NCBI RefSeq assembly: GCF_000025945.1 | Contig: NC_006138.1 | Coordinates: forward strand, 300,001-332,000 | Direction of reading: 5' to 3' | From: Desulfotalea psychrophila LSv54 | GTDB lineage: Bacteria; Desulfobacterota; Desulfobulbia; Desulfobulbales; Desulfocapsaceae | Length of the DNA stretch: 32,000 nt | Shown: piece by piece, positions 19,626-28,793 of the stretch | How the letters are laid out: each line of letters starts with the position of its first letter | Position numbering within the stretch: the stretch's first letter is position 1 | Notes under the pieces: generated by a model | Database searches by the model: none | What the model saw: only the letters and a program-made list of their open reading frames with translations | Told to the model about the DNA's origin: nothing | Position numbers and translations under genes: made by a program

Positions 19626-21767
19626 TCAGCCAACTTTGAATTGACTTACCAGGCCAGTCAGCTCTTTTGCCAATTTCGAGAGTTCAATAGCATTTTCATT
19701 AACATTTTGACTGATATTATTCATTTCATTTGACTCATTGCTGATTTCAGTAATATCACGATTAACATCCCGAACAGCAACCGAACTTTGGCTTACATTA
19801 TCATTCACTTCTTTTATCCCAGTAGATGCCTGAGCCACATTTTCAGAAATCTCAGAGGTCGCTGCCGATTGCTGTTCAACGGCGGTTGCAATTGTTGTAA
19901 TAACGTCATTAATCTGTTCAATAACATCAGATATATTTTTGATATCTGCAATGGTATCGTCGGTGGTGCCCTGCATCTCATCAATTTGGTTTTTGATGTC
20001 CACTGTGGCCCCTGCTGTCTGCTTGGCAAGTTCCTTTATTTCATTGGCAACAACCGCAAAACCTTTGCCAGCTTCACCCGCCCTGGCTGCCTCGATAGTT
20101 GCGTTGAGAGCAAGAAGATTTGTCTGTTCTGAAATTTCTGTAATTGTCTCTGTTACTCGACCAATTTTATCCGCAGCTTTACCGAGTACAATTATTTTAC
20201 TTGAGATTTTTTGTGATTGTTCTACTGCATTTTCAGAGATTGTTTTGGCCTGCGCTGCGTTGAGTGCTATCTCGTTGACTGTTGCTGACATCTCTTCAGC
20301 TGCGGTAGCAACCATACCAACATTAGTTGAAGATTGTTCCATGGCAGCGGAGACTGAACTCATGTTTGCCCCTAACTCTTCCGATGCAGATGCAACGGCA
20401 TTAGCATGTTGAGAGGTGCTATCCGAGGTCTGTGAAAGATCAGTCGATACGCTGGAAAGCTTGGCTGAGGAATCGGTAAGAACATTAGTACCTACCTGAA
20501 CTTGCTGGAGCATGCGGCCAAGATCTTCGGCAATTTTATCAAGAGACTTTGAAAGGGCCCCTACCTCGTCTTTTGTTTTAACCTTGAGCCGTTGGGTCAT
20601 ATCCCCTTGAGCAACAGCGTTGGCTAATTCCACAGCTCGGTTTATAGGCCTGGTGATTGCTCCGGTAATTATTGCTGAGGCGACAAGTGAAATGACTATG
20701 ATTATCATGGTGCCTAGAATAATCATAATTTTAGCATTTACTGCTGTATCAGAGGCATTCTGGCGGCGAACTTCCATAAGTGACAGCTCAATGTCTATAA
20801 AAGTTGCGATTTGGCTGCGGAATTTATCAAAATAAACCTTTCCACGAGCCTCACCGACAATCTTAGCCATATCATTCATGGTTTGTGCATCACCTATCAC
20901 CCTGCGAAGCGCTATAGCAGGTTCCGTCACATTATTTTTCCAACCATTAATATTCTCTTGAATTTCGCTCAACAGCCTTACCTGAACGGGATTGTCGCTC
21001 ACGGTTCCCTTAAGACTTGTCAGTCTTTCATTAAAGGATTGAGTCCCATTTTTATACGGATCCAGAAATTCTTCTTTACCCGCAAGAAGATAACCGCGCA
21101 TTCCTGTTTCCATATTTACAGCCGCAGCTTCTATATTCATTGCTTCTTTGATAACGATTTGAGTATGATTAACCCATTTTGCAGAATCGTTACCCTTGCC
21201 GTAAGAATTTGTTGCTTGAAATTTCTTTTCTCGCTTTGCAAGAAGTGTTTCTTCACGTTCAATAAAGGTGGCAATTTGAGCACGGAATTTGTCAAAATAG
21301 ACTTTTCCACGGGACTCACTGACCAGATCAGCCATGTCATCCATGTTTTTCGAATTACCAATTTCACGGCGGAGCTGGATAGTGGGTTCTGTGACTTTTT
21401 TTACCCACTCACCTATATTTTGCTCAACTTCAGTGAGTCGTGTCACTTGGGCTGGGTTGTCACTGACTAATTCTGTCAGATCACCAACCTCATTTTTGAA
21501 AGTTTTGTATCCATTCGTATAAGGACTCAAGAAATCTTCCTTGCCAGAAAGAAGATATCCCCTCATTCCTGTTTCCATATCCACCGCAGCGGCAAGAATA
21601 TCCATGGCGTGTTCAACTACTTCATGACTATGATTGACGCTCTCTCCGGTTTTTAGTAAATTATCAGCCGTGCTATACGTGATAAGACCTAAAACAACCA
21701 CCAAAACCAAAGAAATTGCATTCCCCAAAAACATCTTACTTTTCAATTTTAAATCACTAAACTTCAT
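19626..21767 (-). CDS. Methyl-accepting chemotaxis protein with tandem CHASE3-like periplasmic sensor domains
   Basis: ORF track extends to 21830, but ATG at 21767 ([16 protein letters not shown]) has the Shine-Dalgarno-like TAAGGAGAAG. TM1, two homologous sensor repeats, TM2, HAMP ([22 protein letters not shown]), signalling tip [38 protein letters not shown]. Confidence 0.95.
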   Translation of the reverse strand: MKFSDLKLKSKMFLGNAISLVLVVVLGLITYSTADNLLKTGESVNHSHEVVEHAMDILAAAVDMETGMRGYLLSGKEDFLSPYTNGYKTFKNEVGDLTELVSDNPAQVTRLTEVEQNIGEWVKKVTEPTIQLRREIGNSKNMDDMADLVSESRGKVYFDKFRAQIATFIEREETLLAKREKKFQATNSYGKGNDSAKWVNHTQIVIKEAMNIEAAAVNMETGMRGYLLAGKEEFLDPYKNGTQSFNERLTSLKGTVSDNPVQVRLLSEIQENINGWKNNVTEPAIALRRVIGDAQTMNDMAKIVGEARGKVYFDKFRSQIATFIDIELSLMEVRRQNASDTAVNAKIMIILGTMIIIVISLVASAIITGAITRPINRAVELANAVAQGDMTQRLKVKTKDEVGALSKSLDKIAEDLGRMLQQVQVGTNVLTDSSAKLSSVSTDLSQTSDSTSQHANAVASASEELGANMSSVSAAMEQSSTNVGMVATAAEEMSATVNEIALNAAQAKTISENAVEQSQKISSKIIVLGKAADKIGRVTETITEISEQTNLLALNATIEAARAGEAGKGFAVVANEIKELAKQTAGATVDIKNQIDEMQGTTDDTIADIKNISDVIEQINDVITTIATAVEQQSAATSEISENVAQASTGIKEVNDNVSQSSVAVRDVNRDITEISNESNEMNNISQNVNENAIELSKLAKELTGLVSQFKVG
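20757..21167 (-). repeat. Second CHASE3-like repeat unit within the MCP gene
   Basis: [35 protein letters not shown]...[20 protein letters not shown]-type sequence. Boundaries approximate. Confidence 0.8.
21225..21635 (-). repeat. First CHASE3-like repeat unit within the MCP gene
   Basis: [36 protein letters not shown]...[23 protein letters not shown]. Boundaries approximate. Confidence 0.8.
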
Positions 21768-21865
21768 TGCCTTCTCCTTAAGATATCCATTAAAGCCGTT
21801 TACCAGCCCTCTAAAATCGGGGCCGACCATACTATTTTCCTAAGATAAAATCTTGCTTTTTAATG

Positions 21866-22016
21866 ATATTTTTTTTCCAGTATATCGAGACATACGGCAA
21901 CCGGAGAAGAAGGCCTTCAGCTAATGGCTACAAAAATCCTGCAGAATTCGAAGAGCAGTTTGATTTGTTGCAAACAATTAGCTTAACCAATACAGCACAG
22001 AAATGGGGCAAGGTCA
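21866..22016 (+). mobile_element. IS3-family transposase (OrfB) C-terminal remnant
   Basis: FQYIETYGNRRRRPSANGYKNPAEFEEQFD matches the conserved IS3 OrfB end (yIe.fYNr.R.HsalGY.sPveFe). The following ...GAAATGGGGCAAGGTCA may be a decayed right terminal repeat. No upstream transposase sequence. Confidence 0.7.
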
Positions 22017-22156
22017 TTTTCAAGGCACATTTCAGGCGAATCAAAAAGCCATTTAAGATAATTACCTGTCTGATTAAAAGGTTAGGTAGTTGCGAGGGAT
22101 ATGGCATGAATGCAGAGGGTATTTTGTGTTGGGAAGAGCACAATACAAACACAGCA

Positions 22157-23017
22157 TTAAAAAAAATTTGTCTTTTCCACCAAAGCCAAAAAGGATTTCA
22201 TGGCATTGGTTAAAGCGGTATCCTTGTGGTAGATAAAACTGGTGTTGATATATGAAATTTCCTTAGGAAGATTTTGGACTTTAAAATGAGCGTACTGCGG
22301 CCTTTCTGCTACTGCTCGTGGAAGTATTGTTAACCCCATGCCAGCTTCTACACATCCAAGAATCGTATCCAAGGCACCAAATTCCATAATCTTATATTGC
22401 CTAATACCGTAATATGAAAGCCAGTGTTTTAAATGAGCCCTATATGCACAACCTTCCCTGAAGACGAGCAAAGTGATGTTCTTACTCTCCTCAATAGAGG
22501 AGAAAGGCTTTTTGTTAAACAATACCAGCTCTTCTTCAATGACTTTGTACTGCATAATATCAGGATGGTTGACTTTACCTCCCACAAAGGCACAATCAAC
22601 TTTATGCTCCAGTACTTTTAGAATAATTTCTTCTGAGGTTCCTGTAAGAAGCGAGAGGTTAACATTTGCATTCTCCTTGTGAAATTTACTCAAAATAATC
22701 GGCAAGTAAATAGCTGCAGCTGTCTCCATACTTCCTACGATTAATTCTCCTCCCAGATCCAATGATTCATTAACAGCTTTAGATGCTTGCCGAACCAGGT
22801 AGAGGATTTTTTCAGCATATTCCTTTAACACTCTCCCTTCGGAGGTAAGAGACATTCCACGGCTTTTTCTAATAAAGAGAGCCACCCCCAACTCTTCCTC
22901 CAACTGTCTGATTCGAGCCGTCACATTCGATTGGACATAGTTGAGTTGTTTTGCTGCACCAGATACGCTTCCAGTCTCCACTACCGACAGAAAAATTCGT
23001 AATGAACTTGTTTCCAT
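22157..23017 (-). CDS. LysR family transcriptional regulator
   Basis: METSSLRIFLSVVETGSVSGAAKQLNYVQSNVTARIRQLEEELGVALFIRKSRGMSLTSEG winged-HTH, plus substrate-binding domain. Confidence 0.95.
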   Translation of the reverse strand: METSSLRIFLSVVETGSVSGAAKQLNYVQSNVTARIRQLEEELGVALFIRKSRGMSLTSEGRVLKEYAEKILYLVRQASKAVNESLDLGGELIVGSMETAAAIYLPIILSKFHKENANVNLSLLTGTSEEIILKVLEHKVDCAFVGGKVNHPDIMQYKVIEEELVLFNKKPFSSIEESKNITLLVFREGCAYRAHLKHWLSYYGIRQYKIMEFGALDTILGCVEAGMGLTILPRAVAERPQYAHFKVQNLPKEISYINTSFIYHKDTALTNAMKSFLALVEKTNFF

Positions 23018-23071
23018 TCTCTTTCCAGTTTCTTTTCATTTTATTGTCAAACCAGACGGTATCACATTTTA

Positions 23072-23086
23072 TGATATCTGATATCA
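23072..23086. promoter_or_regulatory. Candidate LysR-regulator operator
   Basis: Perfect palindrome TGATATC-T-GATATCA 55 bp upstream of the lysR start codon, with overlapping partial dyad TATCA-N7-TGATA (23060-23076). Confidence 0.4.
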
Positions 23087-23374
23087 AAACCATTCTCTAG
23101 TGATGATAGCATGACTTGTGTAATATAGAAACATTAACACTTATCAGGTAAATGAAAGACAGAGAGGGGATGAACTACTTTTCTCCAACTGTAGAAGAGT
23201 TGCTCACCACCGGCCTCGCTAGCATCAGAACTACAAAAGCCAGGCAGGTAAGGCTCCAGACGGTAAGCTATGCGGCTTGCATCTGGATACAGGAAAGAGA
23301 AAAAGAAAAATGCTGGAATAAGAAAGCAAAACCGTCTGTTTTTTGAAGAGACAAACAACAACTAAGGATAGAAG

Positions 23375-23719
23375 ATGATTGCAGTGATATTTGAAGTTTA
23401 CCCAACAGAAACCGGAAAGAAAAAGTATCTTGAATTAGCCACATCACTTAAAGAAGAACTCCCAAAATTTAAAGGGCTACTGTCCATGGAGAGATTCCAG
23501 AGTCTTATTGAAGAGAAGAAAATTCTCTCTCTCTCCTTATGGGAAGATGAAATGGCCGTAGAGGAGTGGAGAACTTATATGGCTCATAGATTGGATCAAC
23601 AAAGAGGGAAAAACGAACTTTTTTCAAAATACCGAATACGGGTTTGTTCCGTTGTACGTGATTACAGCGAAAGTGAAAGAAAACAGGCACCCTTAGATTC
23701 CAATGATTTTCATTCCTAA
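23375..23719 (+). CDS. Antibiotic biosynthesis monooxygenase (ABM)-like dimeric alpha-beta barrel protein
   Basis: MIAVIFEVYPTETGKKKYLELATSLKEELPKFKGLLSMERFQSL...LSLSLWEDEMAVEEWRTYMAHRLDQQRGKNELFSKYRIRVCSVVRDY, typical ABM pattern. Confidence 0.75.
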   Translation: MIAVIFEVYPTETGKKKYLELATSLKEELPKFKGLLSMERFQSLIEEKKILSLSLWEDEMAVEEWRTYMAHRLDQQRGKNELFSKYRIRVCSVVRDYSESERKQAPLDSNDFHS

Positions 23720-23801
23720 GGCAAAGAGAGGAGCCTGACAACAACAAAAACAGATGGATTGAGCCCTGTAAGGCTCAAGCCACCATTTCAGTAACATTCA
23801 A

Positions 23802-24701
23802 CTATTTTCGGGCCAGCTCGGCCTTACGAAAAAGTTTCTCCGCCTCATAGGAGCTACGGACAAAGGGGCCGGAAGCCACAGCCAGAAAATCTTTTGCCAG
23901 AGCCACATCGCCCAGACGATCAAACTCTGTCGGCTCAACAAAACGTTGCACCAGCAGATGATCCACCGTGGGTTGCAGGTACTGGCCCATGGTAAGGATA
24001 TCACAGTCGGACTCACGCAGGTCCTGCCAGGTGGCATAGAGCTCTTCTGTCTCTTCACCAAGGCCCAACATCATACCCGTCTTAGTCACCATCTGAGGGG
24101 CACGACGACGTACCTCCCGCAGGAGTTCCAGAGAACGTCTATACTCAGCACCAGGACGGGCTACGGAGTAGAGTCGGGGCACTGTTTCAATATTGTGGTT
24201 AAGGACATCGGGACGAGCATCGAGAATAGTCTGCAGGGCCCCCCAATTACCGGCAAGATCGGGAATCAGCACCTCAATCAAGGTCTTGGGGTTTTTCTTG
24301 CGGATGGCCTCTATGACCCTGACAAAACAGGATGCTCCACCATCGGCCAGATCATCCCGGGTCACCGAGGTGATAACGGCATAGCGCAGGCCCAAGAGAG
24401 AGACCGCATCCGCCACCCGCTCTGCCTCATCCTCATCGGGCAGGGCCTTGGGTCCATGGGCCACGGCACAAAAACGGCAGTTACGGGTACAGTGATCGCC
24501 CATAATCATAAATGTTGCCGTTCCCTTGGAGTAACATTCAAATTGATTGGGGCACTGCGCCTCCTGACATACGGTGGTCAAACCACTGCCCTTGAGCAAT
24601 GTTCTGATTTTTTCGTATTCAGGACCGGTAGGCAGACTGCGACGAAGCCATTTTGGTTTACCAACGCGCATCTGCTCATTCTTCTGATGGGAACAAGCCA
24701 T
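23802..24701 (-). CDS. lipA: Lipoyl synthase
   Basis: CQEAQCPNQFEC and radical SAM CTRNCRFC motifs; VLNHNIETVPRLY; MVKTG-like MVTKTGMMLGLGE. Confidence 0.98.
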   Translation of the reverse strand: MACSHQKNEQMRVGKPKWLRRSLPTGPEYEKIRTLLKGSGLTTVCQEAQCPNQFECYSKGTATFMIMGDHCTRNCRFCAVAHGPKALPDEDEAERVADAVSLLGLRYAVITSVTRDDLADGGASCFVRVIEAIRKKNPKTLIEVLIPDLAGNWGALQTILDARPDVLNHNIETVPRLYSVARPGAEYRRSLELLREVRRRAPQMVTKTGMMLGLGEETEELYATWQDLRESDCDILTMGQYLQPTVDHLLVQRFVEPTEFDRLGDVALAKDFLAVASGPFVRSSYEAEKLFRKAELARK

Positions 24702-24718
24702 GAGATATCCTTAGGTTT

Positions 24719-25390
24719 TTATTTTACACTATGCAAAGAGTCTACCACGGTAAACTCTCCAAAAAGATCTGCCACAATGGACAGGAGCCGTTTTTTCACT
24801 TCGGCAGGGTCAAAATCAGTTCCAGCCTCCCGGGCAAGACTGGTTGCCGTCACCCCGGTAAGACCACAGGGATTAATCCAGGAGAAGGGCTCAAGATCGG
24901 TGTTGAGGTTGAAGGCAAAGCCATGAAATGAGACACCATGGCGGATGGCAATACCAATACTTCCTATCTTAGAGCGACCGTCTTCGGTCCAAACCCCGGC
25001 ATTTCTAGTATTACGCACCACCCTAACCCCAAAGTCGGCTGCCAGGCGAATCATGGTCTCCTCCAACAGGCCAACGTATTCGGTCACCCGCATTTTACGC
25101 TTCCGCAGATGAAGAATGGGATAGAGAACCAACTGTCCCGGTCCATGGTAGGTAATCTCTCCACCACGCTCGATGGAGACAACATCTATCCCCTTTTGGG
25201 CTAACATCTCTTTAGATATATGGAGATGTTGCTCTCCTCCACGCTTGCCCAGAGTATAGACGGGGGGGTGTTCGGTAAGCAGAAAACAGTCACGATCAAG
25301 GTCACCACTGCACCGTCTTGCCACCACTGCCTGCTGAGTAGCATAGCAGGCTATGTAGGAGGTGGCGCCAAGATCTACAAGAAAAGACAT
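24719..25390 (-). CDS. lipB: Octanoyltransferase LipB
   Basis: LTEHPPVYTLGKRGG, VERGGEITYHGPGQLVLYPI, TRNAGVWTEDGRSKIGSIGIAIRHGVSFHGFAFNLN. Confidence 0.97.
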   Translation of the reverse strand: MSFLVDLGATSYIACYATQQAVVARRCSGDLDRDCFLLTEHPPVYTLGKRGGEQHLHISKEMLAQKGIDVVSIERGGEITYHGPGQLVLYPILHLRKRKMRVTEYVGLLEETMIRLAADFGVRVVRNTRNAGVWTEDGRSKIGSIGIAIRHGVSFHGFAFNLNTDLEPFSWINPCGLTGVTATSLAREAGTDFDPAEVKKRLLSIVADLFGEFTVVDSLHSVK

Positions 25391-25439
25391 AGATAATTCC
25401 TAGCTAGGGGCGGATAGTGAATATCCGCCCCGAGAAAAA

Positions 25440-26894
25440 CTAGCCACGCAGGCATGGCTTTCTGGCTGCCAGGGTCTCATCAAGACGGCCCACCTTGGTA
25501 TTTACAGGGGCACTATGGAGAAGATCTGCATCATCTATAGCCTCCTGAGCCACCTGCTTCATTGCCCCAATAAAGAGGTCAATATCTGCCTTGCACTCTG
25601 TCTCCGTTGGCTCAATCATAATCGCGCCGTGGACAATGAGTGGAAAGTAGATCGTGGGTGGATGATAACCGTAGTCAATCAGACGCTTGGCCATATCAAG
25701 GGTGGTAACCCCATACTCAACCTGATTGGCATCGGAGAAGACACATTCATGCAGGGTCTCGGTCTCGTAACCAAGATGAAAGGTATCTCGCAGTTCAGCC
25801 TTGATATAATTAGCATTAAGTACCGCAAGCTGACTGGCCAAACGGAGACCATTACCGCCCATACTCCGAATATAGCTATGGGTGCGCACCAAAACACCAT
25901 AGTTACCGTAGAAGGCGTGGACCCGACCGAGGGATTGGGGACGATCGAAGTCAAGCTTATAGCTCTCGCCATCTTTGATCACCATTGGACGGGGCAGGAA
26001 GGGAAGAAGCCTGTTAACCGCACAAACAGCGCCTGCACCCGGGCCACCACCACCATGAGGGGTAGAGAAGGTCTTATGCAAATTGAGATGCATGATATCA
26101 ACTCCGCATCTCTTATAGTCTATCATTCCCATGGAGGCATTCATATTGGCGCCATCACCGTAAACCAGGCCACCCTTGGCATGGACAATATCGGCAATCT
26201 TACGAATATCACGCTCAAAGATACCCAGGGTATTGGGAATGGTCAGCATGATGCCGGCCGTATCCTCATCCATGAGCCTTTCAACCTCTGCCGCATCCAA
26301 TACACCTGTATCATTACTCTTAAGAGAGACAGGCTTGAATCCACAAAGAGATGCACTGGCAGGATTGGTACCATGAGCAGTATCAGGAATAAGAATCTTG
26401 CTTCTCTTCTCGCCATTGCTCTTGTGAAAGCAGGCAAAGGCCAACATACCGGTAAACTCTCCCTGAGCACCCGCTGCCGGTTGCAGGGTGGTTGCGTCCA
26501 TACCTGTTATGCGGGCAAGCTCCTCCTGTAAATCATACTGGAGCTGGAGCAAACCCTGACAATCCTCAGCTTCAAGCATTGGGTGAGCCGAGGTAATCTC
26601 AGGCATGGCGGCAAAACGCTCATTGATCTTGGGATTATACTTCATGGTACAGGAACCAAGAGGATACATGCCGGTATCAACGCCAAAGTTCCACTGGGAG
26701 AGACGGGTATAGTGACGAACGACATCCACCTCACTCAAATCGGGAAAGTCCGGTCCAGCACCGAGCAGAGACGGATCAAGCTCAGCTGCCGGAACATCAT
26801 TTTCAGGCATTGAAAATGCCATTCGTCCCTTACTTCCCTTTTCCCACAACAGGGGTTCATCAAGAATTAGCCCCGTATTTCCAGATGCATTCAT
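25440..26894 (-). CDS. gcvPB: Glycine dehydrogenase (decarboxylating) subunit 2
   Basis: LGSCTMKYNPKINE; PAAGAQGEFTGMLA; NLHKTFSTPHGGGGPG (PLP-lysine region); AGGAGGT Shine-Dalgarno. Confidence 0.97.
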   Translation of the reverse strand: MNASGNTGLILDEPLLWEKGSKGRMAFSMPENDVPAAELDPSLLGAGPDFPDLSEVDVVRHYTRLSQWNFGVDTGMYPLGSCTMKYNPKINERFAAMPEITSAHPMLEAEDCQGLLQLQYDLQEELARITGMDATTLQPAAGAQGEFTGMLAFACFHKSNGEKRSKILIPDTAHGTNPASASLCGFKPVSLKSNDTGVLDAAEVERLMDEDTAGIMLTIPNTLGIFERDIRKIADIVHAKGGLVYGDGANMNASMGMIDYKRCGVDIMHLNLHKTFSTPHGGGGPGAGAVCAVNRLLPFLPRPMVIKDGESYKLDFDRPQSLGRVHAFYGNYGVLVRTHSYIRSMGGNGLRLASQLAVLNANYIKAELRDTFHLGYETETLHECVFSDANQVEYGVTTLDMAKRLIDYGYHPPTIYFPLIVHGAIMIEPTETECKADIDLFIGAMKQVAQEAIDDADLLHSAPVNTKVGRLDETLAARKPCLRG

Positions 26895-26896
26895 GA

Positions 26897-28249
26897 TTAC
26901 ACCTCCTGAAGTGCATGCTTTTTAATAGAAGAGACAATACGATCAATATCTTCCTTTTTAAGAGTCTCGGTGGCACAGAAGAGATAGGCCCCCTGAAGAT
27001 CAGGATAGTAGGCTTCAAGAGAGAGACCTGCAACCACAGACTCCTCCTTCAATGCCTCGCGTACCCGCTCAAAGTCAAAAGGAAAACGGAGGGCAAATTC
27101 ATTAAATACCGGCGCATCAAAGAGAGGTTTTGCCCCAAGTTTGATCAGCTCAGAACGAAGATAGGCAGCCTTGTCATAGTTGAGACGGGCAAGCTGACGA
27201 ATACCAGTTCCACCCAGGGTTGCCATATACATACCGGCTGTCATGGCGCAGATACCCTGATTCGAGCAGATATTAGAGGTCGCCTTCTCCCTACGAATAT
27301 GCTGCTCACGTGTTGCCAGAGTAAGAACAAAGCCTCGCTTACCCTTAGTGTCAAGGGTCTGTCCGACAATTCTACCCGGCATATTACGGACAAGTTTGTC
27401 CCGACAGCCCATCATTCCAACACCGGGACCACCGTAACTTCTGCCAAGACCAAAACTCTGACCTTCGCCACAGATAATATCGGCACCACATTCACCAGGA
27501 CTCTTCAGTAGACCGTAGGCAAGGGCCTCACTAAAGCAACTGATAAAGAGGGCATCGACATCGTGTATTTTCTCGCCACAGCCCTGAAGGTCCTCAACCA
27601 CACCAAAAAAGTTTGGTGATTGGATGGCCACAGATGCCAGCCCCTCAATTCCTGCCAGAGAGGAGAGATCGGTACGACCCTCAGCATCAACAGGAAGCTC
27701 GATAATGGTAAAGTCCGTTGCCTGAAGATAGGTTGCCACCACCTCACGATAGTGAGGATGAATGGCTGCCGAGAGGGCCACCGTCTTTTTCTTACGGGCA
27801 ATACGAAAGCTCATAAGGGCAGATTCGGCAAGGGCTGATGCTCCGTCATACATGGAGGCATTTACCGCATCGGTTCCCAGAAGGCGCGCCGTTAGAGTTT
27901 GATATTCAAAGATTCCCTGCAAGGTACCCTGGGCAACTTCTGGTTGATAAGGGGTATAGGCAGTCAAAAACTCCGATCTGCTCATCAGGCTTGGCAAAAT
28001 CTCCGGCACATAGTGATCATAACTACCCGCACCAATAAGCACCTTATGCTCCTGGTTCACCCTGTTTTTACTCATAAGGGCTGCGAAATGATCCTTTAAT
28101 TGCCACTCTGTCAAGGCCGCAGGGATTGGAATATCTCCCTGATAGCGACATTCCGCAGGCACAGAGCTAAACAGATCGTCTAAACTCTCCTTGCCTACAA
28201 CCTCCAACATTTCCTGTATTTCTTCTTCGGTATGGGGTAGATAACGCAT
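26897..28249 (-). CDS. gcvPA: Glycine dehydrogenase (decarboxylating) subunit 1
   Basis: MRYLPHTEEEIQEMLEVVGKESLDDLFSSVP; YTPYQPEVAQGTLQGIFEYQTL; SNICSNQG. Confidence 0.97.
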   Translation of the reverse strand: MRYLPHTEEEIQEMLEVVGKESLDDLFSSVPAECRYQGDIPIPAALTEWQLKDHFAALMSKNRVNQEHKVLIGAGSYDHYVPEILPSLMSRSEFLTAYTPYQPEVAQGTLQGIFEYQTLTARLLGTDAVNASMYDGASALAESALMSFRIARKKKTVALSAAIHPHYREVVATYLQATDFTIIELPVDAEGRTDLSSLAGIEGLASVAIQSPNFFGVVEDLQGCGEKIHDVDALFISCFSEALAYGLLKSPGECGADIICGEGQSFGLGRSYGGPGVGMMGCRDKLVRNMPGRIVGQTLDTKGKRGFVLTLATREQHIRREKATSNICSNQGICAMTAGMYMATLGGTGIRQLARLNYDKAAYLRSELIKLGAKPLFDAPVFNEFALRFPFDFERVREALKEESVVAGLSLEAYYPDLQGAYLFCATETLKKEDIDRIVSSIKKHALQEV

Positions 28250-28306
28250 TTTATGTCCTTCTTTTTACTCAAAAAAAGCATTTAATACTGCAAACTATCT
28301 AGCAAA

Positions 28307-28338
28307 AAGCAACAATGCCCGAGGAGGCATCGTTGCTT
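28307..28338 (-). terminator. Terminator- or attenuator-like hairpin between gcvH and gcvPA
   Basis: Minus strand AAGCAACGATGCC-TCCTCG-GGCATTGTTGCTT followed by TTTGC: 13-bp stem with one G-U pair and a short T-run. Confidence 0.75.
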
Positions 28339-28361
28339 GCCAATTACAGCACAAGAGAAGA

Positions 28362-28757
28362 CTAACCTTTGATCATCTCGCTATATGCAGCAACATCCAA
28401 AAGTTCTTCAAGCTCTGCCGCATCCGCTGGCTTAAGGGCCACGATCCAGTTGGCATAGGGATCACTATTGATAAGCTCCGGTGCATCTACCAGGGCCTCA
28501 TTTATAGCAACAACTTCACCACCGATTGGCAGATACAGTTCAGAAACAGCTTTAACTGACTCGAGGGTACCAAATTCATCGCCCTTGTCGAAGGTATCAC
28601 CTACTTCAGGCATCTCAACAAAAACAATATCGCCCAACTGATCCTGTGCATAGTCAGTTACGCCAATTCGAACAACTCCATCCTCAAGCTTTGCCCATTC
28701 GTGATCATCACTGTAGCGTAGATCTCCGGGTAGGTTTAATTCGTCAAATTCTTTCAT
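28362..28757 (-). CDS. gcvH: Glycine cleavage system H protein
   Basis: YSDDHEWAKLEDGVVRIGVTDYAQDQLGDIVFVEMPEVG; lipoylation region FGTLESVKAVSELYLPIGG. Confidence 0.98.
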   Translation of the reverse strand: MKEFDELNLPGDLRYSDDHEWAKLEDGVVRIGVTDYAQDQLGDIVFVEMPEVGDTFDKGDEFGTLESVKAVSELYLPIGGEVVAINEALVDAPELINSDPYANWIVALKPADAAELEELLDVAAYSEMIKG

Positions 28758-28793
28758 ATGCCCTCCTGATAATATTTTTTCTGTTTCTATGGT

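Noticed and set aside
23759-23778. Terminator after the ABM-like gene (TTGAGCC-N6-GGCTCAA)
   Set aside because: Only a 7-bp stem with no T-run on either strand; not supported enough to list as a feature.
23946-24926. Long + strand ORF (326 aa) antisense to lipA/lipB
   Set aside because: lipA and lipB on the opposite strand carry complete diagnostic motifs; the antisense frame looks like a codon-bias shadow ORF.
25515-26531. Long + strand ORF (338 aa) antisense to gcvPB
   Set aside because: Shadow ORF of gcvPB with no recognisable protein signature.
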